64,000 bases of DNA. It comes from Lytechinus pictus. Its lineage: Eukaryota. Numbering within the stretch: the stretch's first letter is position 1; each line of letters opens with the position of its first letter. Below the pieces are notes generated by a model. It made no database searches. It was not told where the DNA came from and was given only the letters and a program-made list of their open reading frames with translations. The stretch is taken from contig NC_087245.1 in assembly GCF_037042905.1 (NCBI RefSeq), positions 34,474,001 to 34,538,000 of the forward strand, given 5' to 3'. The position numbers were made by a program, and so were the translations under genes. Positions 41,923 to 54,696 of this stretch are shown piece after piece.

Positions 41923-44900
41923 TAATAATACCCCTCTCAGTAATCCTTCCGTTTTCGGTACCCTCCATTTTCAGTACCCATCCACAAGGCGGTAAAATAT
42001 GCTTTTATTAATTCACAACAGAACAATCGCCTTGTGATCCTAAGGCAAGCGACCCAACTATTTTTACCAAAATCATTCTGAAAATCCAAATTGTGCAAGT
42101 TGGCATGCACTGGCCACACCAGCAATTCATTAGAAGGGGTACAGACCCAACTGTTGCAAACAAATAATCATTACAATTTGAAAATTTAAAATAAACTGGA
42201 AAATATCTTTGTAAACAAAATTATAGGTGCCTACTTTTTTCTGCAGAGTTGCAGTATGAAATAGGTGAAAACACTTTTTAAAGTGTTTAGGTGTATTATC
42301 ATATCATAATCTCCACTCGGTACCACTCCCTAAACCTCCTGCGTAGATCGAGGTATATGTAACCGAAGAGGTTTCTGGCACAGCCTCAGAACAGACTTTA
42401 AGGTAGATCTGACATGTGCAGTATAGGGTTTTACAAGATGAAATAAAAACTTCTATATGCAGTCCTGAAGCAAATTGATGATTGGACATCAGACTGCACG
42501 CTTTTTAACCATTGGTACAAATATAGCCTTCACAAAATGCATCAACATCTGAGTATCACTATCTATATAATCCCCATCCCCCACACTTCCCAAATTTGTT
42601 CAATTAATCCCCAACATTTTTTTCCTCGAACATACAGTACATATGTTACATTGATTATGGGTGCATTGATGAAAAAATGTAGCCTTTAACCTGTTTCTAC
42701 CCCCCCCCCCCCCACACTATATGATCATTCAGACACCATTTAATTGATCCCACCCCCTATCTTTGCAAAGTTGCAACTACCTTACCACCCCTTCACATCA
42801 TTCCAAAAATACATCTGGGGAGAAAGAAAAAAAAAGTTTTTCATCTCTTATTTCTGTCCCTGGAAGGAATATTTAGCCCATTTCAAGATGGAAACTTGCT
42901 GGGGTCAAATTGATGCATGACCCCCATCGCTATTCTGTTAGTTTCAATAAACAGACCCTGATCACAAACAGCCACTTCACCCCCCCCCCCCCCCATGGAT
43001 TACTCTGTTTTCTTGTAACGACAAATCCATTGAACCGGTAGGTAAGCCGTGCTTCCATTCATAATCATAATTTACACCATAAGTCTGCCCCTTCTCCACT
43101 CCCTGGTGAATATTTCAGCCAGTCACAGAGGTACTCACATTGCTTGGCAGACCACAAACAATGCCATTTGCATCTACCGGGTCCTATTCAATCCACACCT
43201 GGGTGGAGAGGGGCAAGTACGAATTGATGTCTTGCTTTTGCAATTTTGAACTCCAACAGGCGAATCAGAACCACTAGGCTCCAAACCATAATGATGCACT
43301 TATAAACATCTTCCATCAACATCTATAGTTCTTGGAGGTTTTTAACAATTGGATATTGTGTCATGGAATATATATTCACTCTGTTATGGACATTGTACAT
43401 ATAGCCCCCCCCCCCCTAAAAAAAGTTAAGGGCATACAATACTGGCATGAAGAGTTAAACTAACGGGAAAATGCTCCTTCAAACACCAGCATGTCCTTAT
43501 ACTCAGAGAAAAACAAAATCTTCCAGATCACACAAGGGTCTGAATACATAGCCTAGATTTGGCTCAAAAGGGATTGGTTTCCTGCCTTTGAAAACACGAA
43601 AACAACACAGGGAAGCCGGTAGGAATACCAACGAACCGGCCGGCTTTCAACAACTAAAAACTTGGCAACAGTCGAGTAGGCCTATAATACATGTATGCAT
43701 GCAGCATATAATCTGGTAGATGTTTTGTAGCAGGCTTTATACACTGACTCCTGTCATCAACATTTTGGTGACTGATTATCCCGGTGATTATCACAGACCT
43801 TTTATCAAAATACTTGCAAACGAAACAATCAAAAGAAAGTGAAAACATCAATTTAACTGACCTCGGATAATACAAAAATAATGAATAAGTCCTGCCTTCT
43901 AATGTAATCCATTTTGAGGGCAAGGGAACATACATCTCGACCATTTTTTTTTTTGCAATGAAAAAAATACAACTGTAATGCCAAATGAGCTTGTCACCTT
44001 GCAATCTCCACTCCCCTGCCCCTCCCCCTCCCCTACCCCAAGGTAAACCACACCACTTGCTCCATCCAAGTTGATGGACCCTCTGGATATGGTGCAGGGC
44101 ACCGACTTAAATCCGCACAGCTGGAATCTTCCACAGAAATATCCAGTTACCCCCAACCTGCATTCCAAAACTGCTACTTCTACTTCTTAAAGAAATATGG
44201 TGAAAAGAATATATAACCTCATAAAATATCATAAAACCTAAATAATATTCCTTTCAAAATAAGCTGTAAGAACACAACCTCAAAATTAGCATGAAGTAAA
44301 TTGACATACATGACATTGGAATTAATACTTGTAGTAAGCCTAAATCTAGAAACCTAATTTACCTGAAGCAAATATAGGCATGTACCTAGAATTGGAATGT
44401 AAAATGGAAGTTATAAAAACCTCTAGAATTTGAGAAAAAACAATTCATTATAAGGAATAAAAGGAATGAAGTAGGCTTATGTACAGTGAAACACTTTCAA
44501 ATATACAATTCTGTAAACAATCCATTTATTTTAATCATTTATTATTAGACATATATGCATCTAGGCTTACTCAGTAGAATGCACAGTTGTAAAATGATTA
44601 AATAATTTATTTTCATTATTGGTAGGAGCATAAGGTTACCATGGTACAAACAAGAAGCTTCATGGTAGAATTTATGAAGAAATGCTTCCAAGATGCAAGA
44701 TACCATTATGACATCTTTCCATTTCCAGGGCATTTTGCATTTTAGGTCACATTGGAATCAGCCCTCACAATGATTACTGTTATCATTCCTTTGTTGTTGT
44801 GTGATTTACCTCAGTTCACAATGCAATAAAGGGCCTTTTCACATGTGTATCTTGAATCATCATTGTAATGATTGCAATCCGTCTTTAGAATCATCGGACC

Positions 44901-46566
44901 TTTCTCACAGAAAACTTGTACCATTTGAGTGAAACTTAAATGAAATTCACCTCCAGAGTAGAATTTGAATTCATGATTGTGATTAGCATTTGTGACTCTA
45001 GTTTGGTTTCACACACGTGCTAAAAATGTGTCATTAGCCTTGTTTTTCACTGGAATCATCATTCAAATTTCAATTTTTTTCCCATGTGAAAGAGCGGAAA
45101 TTGATCAGTGGGGAAAAACACATACAGCAATGCCTACTGCATATTTAGCTAGCCCTGTGGCAGCATGCAACCATAGTTATTTGTAAAGAATAATACTTGA
45201 CAATATTGATAAGCTTTCATTGCGTAGCAACACAACTTTCAGTTTTGGATCATCAAGCACCCATTACAAGGTCAGCCTTCAAGCATCAAGCTCTAGTAGA
45301 AAGGCCAATTGCTTGCTTCGGTGGTCGACCATCATTGGTCAAGCAGCAATGACCATGGCATGGCCATCAAACAAAGAGATTCGATGAGGTCAACTAGCTG
45401 GGAAACTGGACAAGCAAAGATGAGGTCAGTTTAGACCTTGAAGTAAACATGGTGTATGTGGGGTGTAAGATAAAGGTGGTGGTGGGGGGGGGGGGGGGAC
45501 ATACAAACCATAGTGCAATAGGTTAATGGTTTGGTAAGGGAGGGGCGAGAATGTTTCTGACTTTGCATCATTTCAAATGCAGAACATTGAAGAGAGGGGG
45601 ACACAATTCCCAAAACAGTATATTTCTCATTTTAAATAGATATCTAAGTTTCTTGTCATTGAAATTTCCTTACTATGGTGCATTGGCGGTGATCAGGGGG
45701 AGGGGGGGTGGAGGGGGATTTGCAAAGCAGCAAATGGCAGAGGGTGGTCTCGTTGTCCCCCCCCCCCCCATGAACCAAAAATATCACAATATTGCCATGC
45801 CTGGTTATAACAAACTTGTCAATACTGACTTGACTACATGATTTATTTATACTATAGGCCTATGATGTAATGTTTACCCATAATGTGGCTTGCAAAACAT
45901 TCTGTCCCTGATTTGTAATGTGTTTCAATGCCAGAAAATATTTTCTCCCCGATAGTATAACGGGTGTCTCTTTAATGAGTGTGTGGTCAATACTTGCAAG
46001 GTCAATGGTTACTTGATGGTCATTTATATGGCAATATTCATAGCTGCAATCTGTTCCTGAAAGCTTGGAGGATAAACATTAATAGTCTTTGCAAAATAGA
46101 CCCAAATTATTATACAAACACATTGGGTATATTAAATATCAATAAGGAAAGCCCTTACGAGGAACTACTGATGATTTATAGCCTATATATGTTACTGCAT
46201 GTGATTTTGGCAATCCTCTTACTTTCATGCATATAAACATAGGCCCATACGACAAAACAGAAACTACAATATCATCATATTGAACCGTCAATTAAATTTC
46301 ATGGTACCTGTATTTATTCCATAATTTTCTTCTATTTTATTTTATCATTTGTTTTGTCCCAAGTTTTCGTAAGTACTTGGTACTATTTGTACTAAAATGT
46401 TTTGAAGATAATGTGGTCCCTGGGAAGGGGGATATGTAGTCCCATCTCTTTTTTTTTAAAGGATTTAGTCCATTATTCATATTCATTACAGTATTGTTTG
46501 GCTGAATGTAACAACAAAAACCTTGCTGTTGTACTACCAGCTCCCCCCCCCCCTTTCCTTGTCACA

Positions 46567-46833
46567 TAATAATAATAATAATAGGCATTTATATAGCGCC
46601 ATCTATCTAGAAATATTATATTCCGAGACGCGTTGTTATTATTATTATCACCCCCGCTTTAGCTCGAGCTGCCTTTCAGAGCTCACGCATTCAAGGAATT
46701 AATCCTACCGGGATTACCACCTCACCTGGGTTGAGTGCAGCACAATATGGATAAATTTCGCCATGGCTGGGATTCGAACCCATGGCCCTCTCTTTCAAAG
46801 TCAGAAGATTAATCCACTGGGCCACAACGCTCC
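46567..46833 (-). mobile_element. tRNA-derived SINE
   Basis: The minus-strand head has A-box TGGCCCAGTGG and B-box GGTTCGAATCC, followed by a body and an (ATT)n tail. A related body remnant (acctgggtggagagggg) lies at ~43170-43240. Confidence 0.8.
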
Positions 46834-47704
46834 ACATGAAACCCAAAAGGGTCTGTAGTGCAAGTCTATATCCCACCGCTCATACCAAGTCATGTGATGT
46901 TTTTCACCCAGGTCTCTTCATCATTTTTCTCAGCATTTGTGCAGCTGGCCCAATTCCACCAGAGGTCATCCACTGCTGAACACATAAATTGCCTTGAGCT
47001 TGACATACTTGCATTCAGACCTCGCCACCACAATTGTCCGCAAATGATCCGTAATTCAAACATGAACCTCATCACTCGCTGCAATCTCGCCATTGCACTT
47101 CCATTCCACAATACATCAGATTATATTTAGCATGATTACTGTAATCATTGCATACTGCAATTCATAAACATGATGTTATGTTCACAACTTTACATCTTCT
47201 CATGACAAATAGTCTGAAAATAAAGACTAGGCATCAAGAGCAAGGTCAACATGAATGCTGAGAAGGTTGTGCTCGAGATAAATCGCTGCACCATCTAGCT
47301 TAGGTTTTAATAAGCGTTACACCAGCAATTCATAGGTTTGCTGTGATAATTGAATATCTTACATTAATAATTTCCAATGATTTCTTTAGTCTACTATCGA
47401 CCCAGAAGACACAATATCATCTCCATACATACAAACACATTAATTTGTCCATATCATGCATGATTATGTATGTTTTTCCATTCAATTATATTAAAAAAAT
47501 GGTCTATTAAAACATGCCTCATAGCCAAAGGCTGAGTAAGAACATGTGTACAATTCACAATAAAACAATGACACTTAAAGTACAAACATGAAGTCATATA
47601 AGTGGATTATAATTACTTTAATTTGTTTAATTAAGGCTTTTTGCCCTGATCAATAATCTGATGTTATTCCAATGTTTGCCAAGTATCAAGAGAAGACTGC
47701 TCAC

Positions 47705-47820
47705 CTGAAAGATTCCTCTCTCTGTCAACTTTAGGACTACCAAAGAGACTAGTTAACACCATGGCTGCCATCACGTCATCCATCGCTGGCTCAGCCTCAT
47801 GGGTCTTCTGCGTTTTGGCA
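47705..47820 (-). CDS. ZNF704: ZNF704-like coding exon 2 (MDDVMAAMVLTSL motif)
   Basis: Acceptor ttttaacccttgtag|, donor AG|GTGAGC. Encodes (S)AKTQKTHEAEPAMDDVMAAMVLTSLFGSPK, matching the family AAMVLTSL motif. Phase 2->1 is consistent. Confidence 0.92.
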
Positions 47821-48107
47821 CTACAAGGGTTAAAAATGAGAATAGAAATCTGTGTCATCAAGGTTTTTTTCTTAAAGTTACATACAAAGTTCTGGACTAG
47901 GCATCCATGCATGTGGAGTCACAATTAATGAATTTCACCAATAGGCCAAGGGAAGGGTGGCAATTCTTGTCTTATTGTTTAGCGATTTTTAAAAATATTT
48001 TTATAAATGGGGGGGGGGGCTATCTGCCTTACCCCATCAACGTGTATAGTATCATGGTGAACATTAGTTTCCTTTAACTCTTAGCATGCCAGAAAAATTC
48101 CATGTTT

Positions 48108-48371
48108 TATGGGATTCCTGTATTATTTGGTGCATATGTGCAATAGCAGCATGTACATGTAAAGACTTGATTTGTTCGTTCATCATCCCACCGCTGCCAC
48201 CAGTTGTGGAGAACAAACTAAACCAAATGTTAAAAACCAAAATATGGGATTCATGTATTATTTGGTGCATATGTGCAATAGCAGCATGCAAAGACTTAAT
48301 TCGTTCGTTCATCATCCCACTGCTGCCACCAGTTGTGGGGAAAAAAAAAAATGTTAAAAACCAAAATAGGG
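48108..48371. repeat. 135-bp tandem duplication
   Basis: Two copies begin tatgggattc at 48108 and 48243. Confidence 0.9.
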
Positions 48372-48831
48372 AAAAATTAGACTCAATAACACTCAACGAT
48401 CAAACAGAACACAACAGGAGCAAATTCTAAAATCATAGTCCAAAGACAGAGGAAAATAAAGAAATAATCTTGTTCTGTGCTGCTCTCGTCAAAAGCGAAT
48501 CATGAGTTTTTTTATCATGTTGCACATAATCCTTTATTCTAATGGAATCATTATCCAATTCTTAGGTTTACACTCGCCCCCCCCCTCCCATTCTTCCAAG
48601 TTCGTTGATAAATCAAATGTGTCTGGTGATTCTTACAATGCCTTCATCACTGAACATTTGAACTTGGGTTTCAGAGATTCCAAAGATAACGAGAAATGTC
48701 ATCAACAAGCAAATTGGTTGAAATATCTAGCCCATGGATGACTTGTTGGTCCCCCTTCACATCATTCATCTTGTATGTCACTGGGGTGGTGAGGGAACTC
48801 TTGACAGACACATCCGGAATTTGGGATACAA

Positions 48832-49210
48832 TGGGAGAGAAATAGAGATGAGGGGAGGGGAGGGGAGGGAAATAGAGATGAGGGGAGGGGAGGGGGTAGA
48901 CTAAGAGAGGGGGGAATGGAGGGATGGGAAGGGGAGGGGTAAAATGGAAAGAGTAGAAGGGTAAGATGGATTAAGAGAAAGAAGTGATAGGAGCAAGGAA
49001 GGGTGAGGGGTGACATAGGAAAGCTTTGGGAGAAGGGGATAGCGGGTAGAGAGAAGGGGGGAGTAGGAAGGGTAGGAATGGTAGGAGTTAGGATGGGGCT
49101 GAGGGAGGGGGTAAGACCAACCGATGGAGGGGGCGGGATGGGAACCAGGACTGGAAAAAATACCAATGAAGACGGGGAAGAAACCATGAGAAAGATGAAA
49201 AGAGAAGGGA
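48832..49210. repeat. Purine-rich (GA/G-run) low-complexity tract
   Basis: Directly visible. Similar tracts occur at ~14230-14660 (CT) and ~21135-21320. Confidence 0.85.
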
Positions 49211-52054
49211 TAGGTCTCTTTTAATGATGCCATGGCCAGGTCTTATATCTGCAATGATTGATATAGCAGAACCTTGCCCCGTCCAAGTTCAACCAGCGTG
49301 CAGGTTGGTATTGCTAATAACATCCCAATGTCACTTCTGCTCACAATCAGCAGTTCAGCGACCTCGTTGAGGCTGGGTGACAATCCCGTGTGATCAAGGA
49401 GACTAGAGTGATATCTCCTTGGTGTGATTAAGCCGTATCATGGCTGCCCATCAAAATAGCAGGGGTAGGCTTATAAATACATTTCTTGGGGCTAATATGA
49501 CACAATCATTCCTCACAATTTGACAATTTGTTTAATCATATGAAGACATTAAAAAAATCATTTCAAAGATAGCACCTCAACTTTAGTGTGGCATGTGAAT
49601 AAAAAAAAAACATGACTTGAGACTGAGGTTATTAGTTTTCTTGTAATATTATTGACACAGAGATAGATGTAAATGCATTTCAGAATGTTTACAAATTTAC
49701 CAAAACAAAAGACGTTTCATTTATCCATATAGTGAATGCTATAATAAATAAGGCAAGAAGATAATGAAATATATATAATATAACATAATTTATTAATAAT
49801 ATAATTCATATCGAAATGACTTTGGAAATTCAGTGATTAACATTTCATCAACAATCAAAATAGCAACATTCTCAAATAACCTACATATTGGGCACTACTG
49901 AATTTAGTGGGGACAATAAGTGCTCATAATCACTGCCAGCTCTAGAATGTTCTATACACTTGAACTTCTACTTCACCAAATACTAAATTATGATATCAAC
50001 CCATATTTACCAAGTTCCAGTCAAACAATCATGACCACCAATAAAAGTGTGCAATAAGGGGTTTACCAACTTGGCATGATTCCAATAAATTTTGCTGCAA
50101 AATAAAGATCTTGTATATACCGGTATTTCTCTCTTCCGTTCCGATACAGGGTGTCGGGTTTTCAGAAGGAAAAAAAGCACAATAGCTCGCACATAATTAT
50201 GACGTATTTTGCTTCCTTTCTTTGGGAGTTACCGATCTCTCCTCCGATGTTTATCAACAATACACGCCGGTAAACACGATAAGAACAAAACTCGGCGGAT
50301 TATGAATGCGACCTTGTTCACATATTGAGATCTGAACAGGTCATTTTGATGTTTTCGTGGGCAAGGCCGCCTTTTAAAAGGGTGCACTTTTATGAAATGG
50401 GGGAGGGGTGGGAGGAGGAGGCACAGCCCGAGGCTTAGTATGATATACAAGGCCACGGCCTTGTAATTCAACCCATGGGATAGGAGGAACCACTTACAAT
50501 AAAAGAAAACGCGAAAAGCCAAAAGACATTCCCCTCAGTTTTCTTCAAAGTGTAAACTAAAGGGGGCACTTCACTATCTAAACCCCACCCGCTCCCTTTC
50601 AAACATTTTGTTTTTCAAGTTTTGTACACCGCTTCTCTCCACGTTCAGAGCGCTCCGACGGTTCAACCTACCAATGTTCAAAGAAAATGGCCGCCTACGC
50701 AAATGCGATCTTTAGCTGCCGAAGAGCTGGTCTTTACTCTTTACCTTCAAAGTTACTTATTATTTACATTTGACGCTGACGTCAGATCATTGAGGAGGCT
50801 GAGATGGATAACAAGAGCAAACAATGGTCTGTTCAGGTTTTGTTGAGAGATGGACAAGGTTACGAATATCTAGATCACCAACGCTTCAAATATTTATGTT
50901 TATTGGAAAAGTCAGATCATATCATGGTCAAATAACTTCTCTTGAGATACACTGAGTGAGTAGTTTAAGTCCATGAACTTCAACCAATATTTCATAAAAA
51001 TATAGAACAGAAATGATAGAAGTATACTAAAGAAAACCATCGGCACTATCTCCTATCTTATGATTACAATGCCATTTCATTTACCTTTCCAACTTACGAG
51101 GTCAAACAAACCGATTTTCGATTCTGGATTGGCCTTGAAGCCTGTTTGAAAAAAGGATTTATAATCCTAGTAAGAACGCCACGCGTACCGGCTTATTAGT
51201 CTGCAAAATTAGTCCTTTATCTGACTGTTAGTTAACCAATGCAAACATGATTGAATGGGGGTAATAACATAATGAAATACAACTACCGATTGAAAAATTA
51301 ATTATAGCATACGCTAACGAATTTGAAATTCGAACTTTTTTTTTTTTACATTGGTGAAATTACAAGCTCGAAATAACCTAGGGTGGGTTCTCTGTGTAGT
51401 ATGTGGTATCACAATATAGTAACTCATTTTAATGAGTACGAATGACTATTGGAAAATGGAGCTTACATAACTATTTATGACATTATACAGACATACCAGG
51501 CAGTGCCAACGTCCCCCACATTTACACGTCAACGTTACATTTTTATTTACTGAAAATAAAGTGTGATGTTCCAGACTAGAAGTTTAAATCCCCGGCACCC
51601 TTGATGTTTGAAAGAGACGTGTGCAAAGTTGATAGCTCTCCATCCAACTCCAGCGAATTCATTACACTCTATCGTTTTACTGATTAAAGTGTCCACCAGG
51701 CAATTAACAATAATGATATCAATCGGCAATCCAGGGACTGAAAATGGCAGCGGCACGAAGAATGCCATCAATAAGAATTAATGAGTTGATGTGAATGTGA
51801 AAATGATGCATTGGATTGTTTTTATATGGATTCGATGGGATGGTGGCGAGGGGGGGGGGGGGCAGAGATGCACACGAGAGCGCATCAGTTGTTTCTCCAA
51901 ATTGCCGAATAAACACACGTATGAATTTAGATGTATACTATATAGGCCTAGATTGTGAGAGTGAGACCCTTTAGCCCTATATTGGAAAAGGGAGTTAGGG
52001 GTATAAAAAAAAAATGATCATGATGAAGTGATGGAAGAACAAAATAAATCTTAC

Positions 52055-52596
52055 CTTCTTGGGCTTGGATTTGGAACTTCAATGGTGGTTGATACGGGTC
52101 GCTTCTTTGGTTCTGGGCAAATTTCACCGAGCCTGTCGTGCCTGTTAGAGTCTGTGAGGTTATGATGATGATGGTGGTGGTGATGGTCAGTGAGTTTAAC
52201 GCTCTTGCGACTTTCCAACAGCCGGACATCGTCGAGTTTCCTCTTGAAATTCGTCTCGGAGGCATCGGCACTTTTGAGCAAAACCTCGTTCGTCTGCTTC
52301 CGATGCTTCTGAACGATGGCTTTTACTTCACGGCCGTCAAGGATGGTGTACACGGGTTGGTTGAATTTGAGATGAGTATGAGAAACTGGTAAGAATCCCG
52401 GGCCAACCATCATGTCCGCTAGGCACTCACTCGCGACACCGTCTTCCCGAACGACCTCGTACACGAATTCGCCGTTCGGTGTTCGGGCCCTGATGCCTCG
52501 TATCAACACGGGGTAAAAGATTCCATCCGAATACATGGCGCTGGCAAGTGTACCGATAATGGATCGCTTCGGTGTTCGCTTCGGATTTGAGAGCAT
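52055..52596 (-). CDS. ZNF704: ZNF704/ZNF395/SLC2A4RG-family transcription factor, coding exon 1 (Tudor-like/DUF4772-type N-terminus, His8 tract)
   Basis: ATG at 52596. Encodes MLSNPKRTPKRSIIGT...DGIFYP...VGPGF...QPVYTILDGREV...DDVRLLESRKS, resembling the N-terminus of ZNF395/Glut4EF. Donor AG|GTAAGA after 52055, phase 2. Confidence 0.9.
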
Positions 52597-52799
52597 GATT
52601 ACATCAGCAAACTCCTTCTGAAGGAATAAATCTCACAAAATAATCTTCCAGTTCTAGCTCATCAGAAAAATGTAATAACTATCGGCAAAAGTCTAACGCA
52701 CGGCGAACACGTACACAACATAAGTGAATTGTTTTGAAGCGAACATGCGGAGATTGTTTTGATCTCGAGCGGTGAAAGAGATGGGCGTGACTCTAACCG

Positions 52800-53040
52800 G
52801 TTTAGTGAATCGGCAGCCGCTCCACTAACGAGCGCTGATTGGCTAAAGATGACGCACCCCTCCTGTGATTGGCGAGTGGCTTGAGTGACGTGTATGTATT
52901 AGCTCATGTGAAGCCGGGGTATTTTGTTTACAATCGGAGCCCGGCTTATTCGCCCTCTCTTCAGCATCTTTTTATCGTTACAAATGCCAATCCTCGATGG
53001 AAAATGGTGGTAGCCATATTGGAAAGCACGTGGTCCTGAA
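52800..53040 (-). promoter_or_regulatory. Proximal promoter of the ZNF704-like gene
   Basis: CpG-rich region. Two ATTGG (CCAAT) boxes at 52838 and 52868, 30 bp apart. CRE-like TGACGCA (52850) and TGACGTG (52886), CCAAT at 52987, E-box CACGTG at 53027. Lies 200-440 bp upstream of the ATG. Confidence 0.65.
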
Positions 53041-54696
53041 ATTTTGTGCAGTCGATATTGGGCTGGGTTTGGGGTTGCTGCAGCGTTTGCTATGCCAATG
53101 AATTATTGAATATGATTTGTTTGTTAATACTTTGATAAGCTTTTCAGTCCATCTCTGTAGTAGTTGTTGGCAATATCATCAGTGGAAACTCAGCTCCATT
53201 GCTTTATGAAAAGAAATAGATTTCAATATGCCTTCAGAAAATTACTACTCAAAGGACCCCCAACACCTCAGCACATGCACATACCCACCCTCAAAATAAA
53301 CTTTGTTTCACCATGGACCTGTAATAGGTCCATGGTTTCACCAAGATGACACTCCCCCCCCCCCCCCCCCCTCTTACCATTTCTTGAAAATTTTAAAAAT
53401 ATGTACTTTTGTTTCTCCTTGATCATGACATGACAACATATTTATTAAGAACATGAAGCATAATCTGATTTTCTTCTCTTGGACATTTAGGCCTAGTTCT
53501 TCTACGTGTCTTTTTCCTCTTGTAATTACATTAATAGGAAATTCATAAATTGTATTTCTAAACGTGGATTTTGTTTTTCCACTCCTGATTTTGCGAATAA
53601 AAATATGACCTGCCACACGTACGCCAAATCGAGGTCCCTCTCCAGCTCTTGCGTTGAGGTGCAAGTATTGAACGTGCTCCCTCTGGTAGCCGGTGGAAAC
53701 GCCGGGTCAATGTAAAGCGCCCTCAAAAAATAAAGAGACGAATGCTGGGCGACGCGAATGCTAAAATCAGAGGGAGTATAAACGGTAATTGTAACTCCTC
53801 AAACAGAAAGAAGAAAAACCCCTCTGTAGTGAGTGCGGTTTGTTTATGTCGAAACTTGGGGTCGAGCCAAAAAGCAAATGACCGATGCCTTTCCCTAGTC
53901 TAAATATCAGACGCATATGAGCTGTAATTACAAAATACCAATAAAAAATTTAATAAAGCATCAAATGGACTTTTAAAACTAGCTGAAAATAATAATTTTC
54001 AAAAAAAAATTATGAAGGTAGAGATTAGTTCCGTTATATGACAATTTCAAAGATACAAGTTATTTTCATTTGGAGAAAACCATGTATGATTATGAAAGAC
54101 TATTCAGTGAGCGCAGTGAGCTCTGCTACCTATTTGATGTGTTATGATGGCCGTAAATCAACTGAGGGGCCCCGCAGAATGAACAAGGTATCTAAAAAAA
54201 TATTACATAATCTTTTCTCTGAACTGATTTTATACAAAGCAATCGAATAGATTAACATGCCGTATTTAGATTATTTCTGTCTTTTCAATAGCAAATTCAT
54301 TGGATGGAAAGAAGATACTCCTTGCAGTCTGCAGATACATAAGATTCATCTCACCATGGAGTTTCTTTCTACCTCCATGATCTCACACAGTGCTTGAGAA
54401 GGACTCTTCACAAATATATGTAATACACTTTTGTTGTCATTAATTATATAATTATTGTCACAAAGTAGGCACTGTAAACCAAATCCTCCACTTTCAATTT
54501 CAATTACCCCCCCCCCAAAAAAAAAAAAATCTCCACGTCAGCTCTGTTGCTTCGCTCACTTATTGCATGGTATTCTTGCCCCTCCCCCCCCCCAAAAAAA
54601 AAAAGATCTACAACAACAAATGGCTTATATAGCGGCCCAATCACCACCAACACGGTTCTCCATTACAAACACGTTTGCAGATTCGATAAAGATTAA

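Noticed and set aside
46755..46833. tRNA gene
   Set aside because: A/B boxes are present but followed by a SINE body and (ATT)n tail. The cloverleaf is degenerate.
48762..49233. Pro/Ser/Leu-rich ORFs
   Set aside because: Translation of a purine/pyrimidine low-complexity tract.
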